Shown here: piece by piece, positions 48,171-64,000 of the stretch | Position numbering within the stretch: position 1 is the first letter of the stretch | Layout: every line of letters begins with the position of its first letter | DNA from: the human T2T-CHM13v2.0 reference genome, Homo sapiens | Strand: one strand, 5' to 3' | Assembly: GCF_009914755.1 (NCBI RefSeq) | Contig: NC_060925.1 | DNA: 64,000 nucleotides | Notes under the pieces: generated by a model | Database searches by the model: none | What the model was told of the DNA's origin: nothing | What the model saw: only the letters and a program-made list of their open reading frames with translations | Made by a program: the position numbers and the translations under genes

Positions 48171-49051
48171 CTAGCTACTCGGGAGGCTGAGGCAGGAGGA
48201 TGACTTGAGCCCTGGATTTCCAGCTTACAATGAGCTATGTCACACCACTGCACTACAGGCACTACAGGCTGGCTGAAAGATGGAGACTCTGTCTCTTTTT
48301 TTTTTTTTTTTTGAGACAGACTCTTGCTCTGTCACCCAGGCTGGAGTGCAGTGGCGCGATCTCGGCTCACTGCAACCTCCGCCTCCTGGGTTCAAGCGAT
48401 TCTCTGCCTCAGCCTCCTGAGTAGCTGGGATTACAAGCATCCACCGCCATGCTTGGCTAATTTTTTTGTGTTTTTAGTAGAGATGGGGTTTCACCATCTT
48501 GGCCAGGCTGGTCTTGAACTCCTGACCCTGTGATCTGCCCACCTTGGCCTCCCAAAGTGCTGGGATTACAGGCGTGAGCCATTGCACCCAGCCTGAGGCT
48601 CTGTCTCTTAAAAAAAAAAAATTATTTTTGAATGTTGTCAGGTGCTCTTTTTTGTCTCTATTGAGTTGATCCTTTTGTTTGCTTCCTTTCTTTTATTAAT
48701 ATGGTGATTTATGTTGATTGATTTTTGAAATGTTAAACCAATTTTTTATTCATTGGATAAATTCTACTCGATGTGTTATGCTTTTTATATATAGCTGGAC
48801 TCAATAGTATTTTGTTAAGGATTTTAACATTTATGTTTGTGAGGGATATTATTCTATAGTTTTTTTGTATGTGGATGTGTAAAATCTTTGGTTTTTATGT
48901 CAAGATAGTACTGGCCTCATGGAGTGAGTTTGGCAGTTTTTTTTTTTTTGTATTCTTTGAAACAGTTTATATAAGATTGCCATTATTTCTTCCTTAAATG
49001 TTTGATAGTATTTACCAGTAAAGCCATCTGGACGTAGAGTTTTCTTTTTAA

Positions 49052-49365
<314 letters not shown>

Positions 49366-49414
49366 TAGGCATGAGCCACTGTGCCCGGCCTACTTTTTTT
49401 GTTTTTGAGGTTGA

Positions 49415-49516
<102 letters not shown>

Positions 49517-50587
49517 TAGCTGGGATTACAGGCATGTGTTACCACACCTGGCTAATTTTTGTATTTTTAATTGCGATGGGGTTTCACCACCTTGGCCAGG
49601 CTTGTCTCGAACTCCTGACCTCAAGTTATCTACCTGCCTCAGCCTCCTGAAGTATTGGGATTTCAGGCATCAGCCACTGTGCCTGGCCTATTACTTTTTT
49701 TATTTACATATTTTTAAATTATATATTTAGTTTTAAAAATAGATGTGAGGATATTAAACTTTTTTATTTTTTCCAGAGTCAGTTTTGGTATGTTGTGTCT
49801 CAAGGAATTTGTCCTTATCATTTCAGCTATCACTGCTCTCTACAACCTCCGCCTCCTGAATAAAAGCGATTCTCCTGCCTCAGCCTCCTGAGTAGCTGGG
49901 ATTACAGGTGCCTGCCACCATGCTCGGCTAATTTTTGTATTTTTAGTGGAGATGCGGTTTCACTGTACTGGCCAGGCTGGTCTCAAACTCCTGACCTCAG
50001 GCGATCCACCCGCCTTGGCCTCCCAAAATGCTGGGATTACAGGCGTGAGCCACCGCACCTGGCCTGAAATTTTTATTTTACATATTATACTTTTCATGTC
50101 TAGAAATTCTATTTTCTTTTTTTTTGAGACGGAATGTCACTCTGTCGCCCTGGCTGGAGTGCAGTGGCGTGACCTCGGTTCACTGCAAGCTCTGCCTCCT
50201 GGGTTCACCCCATTCTCCTGCCTCAGCCTCCTGAGTAGCTGGGACTACAGGTGCCCGCCACCATGCCTGGCTAATTTTTTTTTTGTATTTTTAGTAGAGA
50301 AGGGGTTTCACCGTGTTAGCCAGGATGGTCTCGATCTCCTGACCTCGTGATCCATCCGCCTCGGCCTCCCAAAGTGCTGGGATTACAGGCGTGAGCCACT
50401 GTGCTCGGCCTCTATTTTCTTTTTATACCTTACATTTCTCTTCTTACTGTGACATGTTTTCATTTAAATACTTGAGTATAGTTGTAACACCTGTCTTACT
50501 GTTCTTGTCTACTAGTTATATCGTCTGGTTTTTCTTATTGTTATTGGTTACATTTTCCTGCTTCTTGACATATGTTGAAATTTTTAA

Positions 50588-50973
<386 letters not shown>

Positions 50974-51881
50974 TAAAGCTTTTTTCTTCTGTGCAGTTTT
51001 TTATGGTTTACTGTTATCATTTTGAGTCCTGTTTTTTAGCTTTGTTAGAGTGGATCTGGATAATCTTTAATCTAGGGATCATTTGACCTCTGGTCTCTCC
51101 TGAATGCCCTGTGAGGACACTCCAGTCTGGCTGCTTGGGACTCATGATTCCCCTGAGAGTTCTAAGAAATGTCAGCTCATAGCTTCTTCTTCACTGTGGA
51201 GTTTCACCCTATGCATGCACAAATTTTAGTATTCAGCAGAGACCTGAGGGAACCTCCAGACAGATTTCTGGACCACTTTTTCTGCATAGCTCTTTCTTTC
51301 TGAAGTCTGTCCTGCAGCTTTCAGCTGCCTTGGCCTCCCTGAACTCTGATCTCTGTCTCTTCAACTTAAGTGGGTGGCGTGCTCTGCTGGGGATCCCCCT
51401 CTCTCTCCAGGGCCTGAAATGTGTCTCCTGGCAGGAAGCCAGAGTGATTTTAGGGCCCAAGTAATTTGTTTCTCTGCTTTCAGGGATCGTAGTCCTGCAC
51501 TGCCTGCTGTCCAATGTGTACACACAGTGGTTTTATTTATTTGGCTTAGTTTTCTAGTTGTTTACAGTGGGAGGGCAAATCTGTTCCCTATCACTCCATC
51601 ATGACCCGAAGTGGAAGTGCATTGGTTGACTTTGAGCAGAGGAGTGACATGAAATAACTTATCATCTCCTCTAATCCCAAATGTGAGGTGGTGGTATTAT
51701 TCCCGTTATTCCCATAGATGAGGAAACTGAGGCTCAGAGAGGTTGAGCAGCGTGCCCCCAAATCACTGAGTTCTTAATGCCAAAGCTTGTGTACTTTCTG
51801 TCATGCCACTGCATCTCAAAGGATATTGGTGGGATCGAATCTTATTCTTCCCAGCAGAGAACTACACAGACTGGCTTAGGA

Positions 51882-51973
51882 CCTATCTGGAGTCACAGTC
51901 ACTGGGCAGATGCAGGATGGGTTCTCCTATCTGAAGTCGCAGTTACTGGGCAGATGCAGGATGGGTTCTCCTA
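51882..51973. repeat. 44-bp tandem duplication
   Basis: cctatctgRagtcRcagtYactgggcagatgcaggatgggttct x2, 3 mismatches. Confidence 0.9.
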
Positions 51974-52414
51974 GACCTGGAGCTTTCGCCAGTTGCTCAA
52001 ATCTGTGAGCTGCTTGTGAGGTTGTTCTTTGTTGGACAGCAGGTCAGGATCTGGGAACGCCTTCCAGTTGGGGAAGGTCAGCGCCTTGGCAGCAGGAGTG
52101 AGAGCACCTTTGTCTCTACCAAAAGAAAAGCATTTCTCTCTCTGCCGCCGTAGTCTTTGCCTGACTTGTTTTTTTAAAGCAGTTTTCTGCTTTTGCTTTC
52201 TTCTCTTCCTGCTCTCCCCATTCAGGCCTCTAAGGATCCTGGGCATGGATTGCCTTAGGTCCTTTTCTTACATCGTTACAATAGATGCCTGTGGGTGGTT
52301 TCTAAGCCTTTTTTTTTTTTTTTTTTTCTGAGACAGTCTTACTCTGTTACCCAGGCTGGAGTGCAGTGATGTGATCACAGCTCACCACAGCCTCAACCTC
52401 CTGGGCTCAGTTGA

Positions 52415-52711
<297 letters not shown>

Positions 52712-53255
52712 TGATCTGCCTGCCTCGACCTCCCAAAATGCTGGGATTACAGGCGTGAGCTACTGTGCCCGGCCTGCTTCGATTGTTTAAACAGCTAGCA
52801 TGGTGGAAGATTTTAAAAAAATGTTCACAGGGTAGGCCATGATTAAAAAAATAAAAAAAAGGCCAGGTGTGGTGGCTCACATTTGTATTCCCAGCTTCAT
52901 ACTGGGACTGTGGCTCTGGGAAGCCATGACTTGAGGAATTTGGAGTGTTGCTGTTTCAAATTCCATGGTAGGAATATGCATACACATGCACCCTTTTTTT
53001 CTTTTTGAGACAGAGTCTTGCTCTGTTGACCAAGCTGGAATACAATGGCACCATCATAGCTCACTGCAATCTCTGCCTCCTGGGATCAAGCGAGCCTCCT
53101 GAGTAGCTGGGACTATAGGATGCACCACCACACCCGGCTAATTTTTAAATTTTTTGTAGAGATGGGGTCTCGCTGTGTTGCCCAGGCTGGTCTCAAACTC
53201 CTGGCCTTAAGGGATCCTCCCATTGTACCCTCCCAGAGTGCTGTGCTGGGTTTAA

Positions 53256-53471
<216 letters not shown>

Positions 53472-54329
53472 TAGAGACGGGGTTTCGCCATGTTGGCCAG
53501 GCTCATCTCTAACTCCCGGCCTCAAGTGATTCGCTCACCTTGGCCTCCTGAAGTGCTGGGATTACAGGCATGAGCCACTGCACCCGGCCGGCCATGCTTC
53601 TTATATGCTTTGAATATCCTTGGCAGAATATATAAGGAACCAGCGTCAGTGTGGGTCCCCTAGGGTTGGAATGAGAGGGAAGCTTTCTTTTTTACTTTTA
53701 ATATTGAATTTTCTAAAACAATTCATTTACATGGCTTATAATTTAAAAGGTACTAAAGGGTTTATGATGAAAGAGACTTATTTGGCACTGTGTACTGTTT
53801 GAAGTTTTTCCCTCTGGTAAATACTAGCTATTCAAGGGATGAACTAATTTTAAGAGCAGTTCCTTGGTGGAAACAATTCATAGTGATTAGTTTTATTTTA
53901 GGAAGAAAGTTTTGGGTTAAGTCAGAATGGGGCTTCCTAAATACTAAAGCTGTTTGCTTTTGTGTGTTTTGTCTGGTCAAATAACCTACATTATTATTTA
54001 TGGGGTAGCATTAAGGTTGTTGCTTAATAAAATGTGGTTTAAACAAAACTTGCTTATTTTGATTAAGTAGAAGGGTTCAAATCCCTGTAGTACCAGTTAC
54101 TATCTGAGTAATCATGGGCAAGTTATTTAACCTCTTTTGCCTCAGTTTCCTCATCAGCAGTAATTTGATATACTTATTGTGAGAATTAAAGGAGGAAAGA
54201 GCTAAGTGAATGTTAGCACTTAGTATCTAGCAAATGGAGTAGAGGAAACCCTCAGGAAGATAATGAACGGAAGAATCTAAATAATCCATTCAGCTGAGTT
54301 GTTGCCATTGTTCTGTTTTTTTGTTGCCC

Positions 54330-55500
54330 ATTCATTCATTCAGCAAATTTCTATTGAAGGCCTCCTCTGTGCCTGGCACTGTCCTAGCCCCCAGGGATAC
54401 AGTGATAAGCAAACACAGGCAGTTTCTGCACACGTGGAGTTTATAATCTGGTGAGAGAGACAGGCATCAGTCCGATAGTCACACAGATGTAAAGTTGCAC
54501 ATCTGCTCAGGTCCTTGAAGGAGAGGCAGGTGGTGTTACCTGAATGTGTCACAGGGAGATCTGACCTAGTCATGGATGTCAGAGAAGGAATGCTTCCCTG
54601 AGGAAGTGTCTTAGCTGGATCTGAAGGATGAACTAAAGGGAAGGAAGGGCATGTGCAAAGGCGCAGTGACAGAGAAAGCAAAGGCCAGTGCGTCTGTCAG
54701 GGGGCAGAAGTGGGCAATGTGGTGCCGCTTGAGACCTGAGGTGTAGTCAGAGTAGACGTGAGGCCTTGTAGGCCACGCTGAGGTTTTTCTGTCTTCTAAG
54801 AGCAAGGAGAAGCCCTTAAATTTGTTGTGTTTACTGGGGTGAGTGGGTGGACAAGGGATGGGACGAGCAGATTCTCCTTTGGAAATGATAGTCTGTTTGC
54901 ATCCCAGAATATGAATTGGAAGAGCGCCAGCACTGATGAGAAAGCTGACGCAGTGGTCCAGGCAGGGGATTTTGGTAGCTTGGACTGAAGTGATGGCAGT
55001 AGAGATGGAGAAAAACGGATGGATTGTTTCCATGGACTTTTTAATTTTTTTTGAGACAGGGTCTGGCTCTGTCACCTGGGCTGGAGTGCAGTGGTGTGAT
55101 CATGGTGTACTGCAGCCTTGAATTTACAGGCTCAAGGGATCCTTCTGCCCCAGCTTCCCAAATAGCTGGGAGTACAAGCGCACACCACCACACCTGGCCC
55201 ATTTTTATATTTTTTGTAGAGACGAGGATTTGCCATGTTGCCCAGGCTGGTTTCAAACTCCTGGGCTCAAGCAATCCATCCTCCTGGGCCTCCCAAAGTG
55301 CTGGCATTTACACCACTCTTCCATGGATATTGAGGAAGGAGTATGGCAGACTTGATGTAATGAGTTAGCTCTGGGAGCGAGGGAGAAAGAGCTGTCTCAA
55401 GATGGCCTTTTGGATTCTAGTTTACATCATTTGGTGAAGTTTGTCCCATTCATGCCAAGAGGGAATGCTGGAAGAAGACATATGTGTCAGAGAGGACTGT
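54330..55500 (-). mobile_element. L2 element with an Alu insertion
   Basis: cattcattcattcagcaaatttctattga...gtgcctggcactgtcctag (reverse L2 3' end) continuing into typical L2 body. Confidence 0.75.
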
Positions 55501-56426
55501 GAGTCTGCTCCAGGGCAGCTTAACTCCAAGAAGAGGCAGGAAGGCAGTCGGATGTGTATCTCAGAGGGGTGTGGGCTGGAGCTCTAAAGGTTTGAAGTTA
55601 CCAATGCCTGGAGCTTTGGGAGGACAGGAGGCAGGGAGGCAGGGGAAGCTTGCTCACATTCCCTGAGACGGACCCTCACTTTCTAGATCGTTTCCTGCTG
55701 GCTGACCTCTTGTCCTGGGGTGGTGAGGCTCTTGGGACAGGACTTCGGATGGAGGGATAGAGGCCTTCACCCAGCAGAGTGCTTGCCACTGTGCTGTGTG
55801 CCAGCTAATGTGGTAGTAGCTGGGCATGAGGAATTTTTGGGAACCCTCTGCAGACCGGGCCTCTGTCCTTTTCCAAGGCGGCCTGGCACTTCCATCTGAT
55901 CTGTAATAGCCGGGAGAATGGAGGCTGCAGGCTGTCTCCTGGGACACACAGATTTTGCTGCACTTGTCTGGATATTAACTGTAGATAGATGGCAATTGGC
56001 CTGACCATCAGTCACAGTAAACTAATCATAGCTCACTTAGCAGCATACCTGCTTGCTTTATTCTTTTGGAGATTTGTAAATTTCTTCAGAATCTGTCTCT
56101 ACCTCTGCCTCTCCCTTTCTCTAAATTTTGGCCAGATCAGTCAAGGGTCGAAGGCGCCTGTGAGGGTGAGGTAGTGGCCCCAAGGAAGAGGAAACGGGCT
56201 AGAGCCAGGGCCTCGGCCACAGTGCTGCCTGCTCGCCTGGAGGTTGGTCTGCTTATATTCCAGCCTGTCACTAGCTTATTTCCAAGAAGGATTTAAGCCT
56301 GGGGCTTTCTTTACTATTGTGGGGTGGTGTCCTTAGTGGCAGGCGATGAATAGGAACCTGTGTAGTTTACTGGCTTCTGGGCTCCAGAAACTAGATGCCC
56401 AGAGAAAATCCTGAGCGTGGGCAGCT

Positions 56427-56444
56427 GGGGCCCCCTGGTGGTGG
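56427..56444 (-). promoter_or_regulatory. Candidate CTCF site
   Basis: Reverse strand CCACCAGGGGGC matches 12 nt of the CTCF core. Confidence 0.4.
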
Positions 56445-56880
56445 AATCTGGTTCTCCACTGCTGCGCGACTTTTCTTCCCAGTCCCCTGACGTTGGGGAG
56501 GTGGCAGAAAGAGGAGGTGTTGTGCTCTCTCTTCAGGCCTTTTCTCTGGACTCTACTCTTCCCGTGGATTTTGGGATGGTCCCCAGCCCTTGCTGCTCAG
56601 TAGGTGATCGTGGGCCTTCCTGAGCAGAACCAAGCCTTGTTCTTGGAGTGGTGTGACAAGTGAACCCAGAAACAGTCTTCATCTTCCCTGGTGAATTCAG
56701 ACTCTTTGGGCTACTTTTTACAGGTAGTCCACTGCAAAATACTCTTGTGTCGTGAAAAACCAGTGAGAGATGTGAGAAAGAGGTGCCAGCGTGCATCGTT
56801 TGAGAATGGAACATCTTTGGTTTTTTGATGTCCATTGGGTGGCACTGTGATCTTATTTTTGTTTCCATTTTTCTCTGCAG

Positions 56881-56928
56881 CCAAGCTCTACTCCAGGAAG
56901 TGAAAATGTGCTGCCTCGAGAGCCGCTG
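56881..56928 (+). CDS. PEX14: Peroxin 14 exon 2
   Basis: tttttctctgcAG acceptor; PSSTPGSENVLPREPL; GTAAGT donor; phase 0/0. Confidence 0.95.
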
Positions 56929-59604
56929 GTAAGTACCCAAGATATGTGGTATCACTTTCTAGTAATTAAAATGCCACGCGAGTGAAAAGAAACCTTCTGT
57001 TCCTATGGTTCTGCGTCAGTAGTGTCCCTTTAAAAGTAGCTGTTACCTAGAGACTGCCTCTGTCAGTGACCTCTGACTTCTCTTCTCGCGTGTGGGGACG
57101 AGTGAGATCTCTCCTTAGTAAAGGCTGGTCCTTTCTAGGACTAAAAGCATCCACCCCAGATGGTCCTGCACCACTTTGTTTGTGGCTGATCAATAGTAAT
57201 TAGTGAGATTCCTGCGCCCGTGGGAGGCTGAGGTGGAGTGAGGTGGCTGGGCTTCTAGATTGTTTGAAGTAGCCGCCCTCTGCTCTGCCCCTCAGGGTGC
57301 GAGCGCCTCAGTGGTCTTTAAAGAACAGGTAAGCGATGGAATTCTGGTTTTGCCTGGTCAGTAATTGTGTGATTGTCATTCCCAACGCTGTCTTCTTAGA
57401 CTATGGATAGGGAAGAGGCCTATTAAGCACTGCAGGTAATTTTCTCTCCCAAGTGCTTTTCATTTGGTGGCCAGAGTCCCAGGCTGCCCACCCCATTTTC
57501 ATTCTTTTTTGCTTTTCAGGGCCTGCTGTAAGTCCTCTTGGCTGGGTAGTAAGACTGGCTCTGTATAAACCAGATAAGTTTGATGGGAGAGCCAGCTCTA
57601 GGTTTAACTTTTCAGAGCTTTTTCTTCCTGCGTAGCGATAGCAGGCATAGGGCTGTACTGCCAAGGCTTTGTTTCAGCAGGGCCTGTGGTTTCACCTGTT
57701 CTGCTTCACTCCCCTTCTGGCAGTCGCGGGAGGAGATGACGTGAGGGACTTAGCGGGTATGAACACGTCTGAATTCCAGTGTGTACGAAGGCTTTCCCAG
57801 GCTGAGGGCGAGTTGGATCCAGTTGAGCTGTCTGTAGAAAGGCCGAGGTGATACAAGCACTGCTGGGACTGTTTCAGGGGAGCAGTGTTGTCATTCATGT
57901 CACCTGCTGTTACGTCACCAGTTACGGGCTTATATCCCAGCACTCCCACGGTGGCCTCGTTTCACTCTTTTGGTATTGCCCAGTTCCTTCCTTGAGTTCA
58001 TGGTGGTGGGAAAGCCCAGGAGGCCCCACCTTGCCAGTCTCTCCGGACGTCTGCCTGCTTCCCTGGGGCCTGCCTCAGTGCCCCTCAGGCCGAAGTTGTG
58101 GTTGTTTTAGACTGAAGTGCAGATTGAACACCATAGGCCGCTGCAGTCCTTTCCTTCCTCTCTCTTTTCAAATTTTGATGTACCCATTTAACTGGTCATC
58201 GGAGGAGTGGCCAGTCCATCTTTTGGGGCTTGATTCGACAAGCTCTTTGGGAGCCCTGAGCAGTTGGCCAGCTCACTGATTTCTGGTATTTGGAGCCCTG
58301 CAGACCCCTTGCTCTGCTAGTGTTTCTGTGCCCTGCTCTTCCTGCTGTACTGTGCATCTGCTTGTTGGTTGGTTGTATTTTTATTTCTTTCTTTTCTGGG
58401 AGGCCCTGAGCAGTCTTCAAACCCTAGTAGCCTGTGATCGTCCAGAGTTCAGACTCATTCTCTCCAGGCCAACTCCACAATTACCTTATATTTAATTAAT
58501 ATTTTTTCTCCTCTTTACGTACTTGCTGCATAATTGCTCAGAGGAAAGAAAACACATAGCGGCAATTTATATATATATATAAAATAATAATTAAAAAAAC
58601 CCCCGAAATAAACTCCCATCTCATTTGGGCTGATCCTATGAGTTGGGTAATTAGGGCCCTATTAAAAGGTAGACCCTTTCTCCTTCCCCCACTTTTTTGT
58701 TTATTAAATTTTTTATATTAAACTCCCACAGTCTCTCAGTCATGCCCTTATTGCTTTTGGCCAAGCATTTGCAGCAGCCTGATTAAACGGGGGCACCAGC
58801 CGAGTCGCGTGGTCTTGTGTGAACTGCTTCTTCCTCCTGGGAGTGGTGTTGGGAGGGTGTCAGGCAGAGGAGCCCGCTGAGGACTCGTGTGGCAGGGCGG
58901 GGGCACAAGATGGGCAGCCCCCTTGCACAGAAAGCCCCACAGCTCAGTGTGGTGGTGTTGCGGTTTGTGAAAACACACAGCAGTCAGCCCTTCCACAGGG
59001 AGGGAGCTTTCTCAGGCCATGTGTATTTGCTGTCTCCTGCATGCTCAGCTTAGCTCAGCTCAGGCCTGAGGATGGGGAACAGACAATTGAGGAGTAAAAC
59101 TAAACCTTGTTCTTGAGTAATTCACGTGTTTTACTTTGGGAAGAAAAGGCATTTATACATATGAAATAAGAGCAAACTGCACACGACTGTATGTAATTTT
59201 AGCAAATAGCACAACATTGTGTATCATTTGGTGCAGAGCTGCCTGGTTGGGCGTAGAAGAGAGCCCCAAGTTATTCAGAGCAGGAAGAGCTCTGCGGAGG
59301 GCGAGGGCCACTTAGGGATGGCTTTTGGGAAACTTGAAGCCAGGCCTTGAGGAATGGGATATTTCAGTGTTGGGGGAACACACTGCTAAGTTGTTTTGTT
59401 TTTGTGTTTATTATTGTTAATTTTTTCATTTAAGCTTCGGGAAATACATATTCTTTTTGTTTTTAACTGAATGCATATTTTTCATACAATTCCTTAATGG
59501 AAGTTGCCTGGTCTCTACACTAAAGGCAAATAATCTTATTCTTTGTCCCAGACTAGATGATCACTTTGAAATAATTTTTCCCCTTATTAAAAAAGTAAGT
59601 TACT

Positions 59605-63520
<3,916 letters not shown>

Positions 63521-64000
63521 CACCCCCCTGCCCAAACAGTAAATCATCTACAAAAATTTTGGTGCTTAAACCGTTACTAGCAACATATTCATCAGGGTGC
63601 CCCTCACAACTGCTGCAGAGAAACTTGGGGACTAAAATCAAGTATAAACCACGGATGGGCTCACGGTGCACTTCACTGAAGGTAAAATTGTCATGATTAT
63701 CAGATCCAGCATCCTGGGCCTGAGATGTAAGCACTTTTCAGAGAGGAAAAAAGTGTTGGCTGTCCTCTTTCCTCACTCCTCTCTCATCAACAATATAAAG
63801 GTATCAGTGAAGAAAACGTTTTTAACACTAGTGTCCGTGTATACTGACTTCTGGTTGGGAAGGTGCCTGTGATTCCCACCTCCTCTGCCAGATCTGCCGA
63901 AAAAAGCTAAGAACTGGATGCTGAAATGGATGAACTTGAGCAAAGCCTCATACTGTTTCTGGGTGGTTATGATCTCTAGGCCACTTACTGGTTTTGAAAT

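Noticed and set aside
51971-52246. Basic 91-aa minus-strand ORF (possible retrogene)
   Set aside because: K/R richness comes from a T/C-rich plus strand; no recognisable family, poly(A) tail or TSD

Overview
Human genomic DNA, recognisable as chromosome 1p36.22 from the gene order and encoded proteins. It is extremely Alu-rich. It holds the last two exons of CENPS/APITD1 (+), the complete two-exon cortistatin gene CORT (+), the complete six-exon DFFA (ICAD/DFF45, -) and PEX14 exons 1-2 (+). DFFA and PEX14 are arranged head-to-head. I placed exon boundaries by hand from GT/AG sites and phase, and they rebuild CORT (105 aa), DFF45 (331 aa) and DFF35 (268 aa) exactly. Most ORFs in the supplied track are Alu translation artefacts. 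I see no credible new multi-gene system. The observations most worth checking are: (i) a 51-bp-periodic triplicated ZNF143/SBS + E-box module at the DFFA promoter; (ii) the phase-compatible CENPS-CORT readthrough, plus a 3'UTR donor and a cryptic micro-exon; (iii) a ~5 kb DFFA 3'UTR with zero-spacer inverted Alus; (iv) repeated reuse of single L1-endonuclease sites by serial Alu insertions; (v) a local inverted duplication in PEX14 intron 1. Repeat subfamily calls and repeat boundaries are by eye and approximate.
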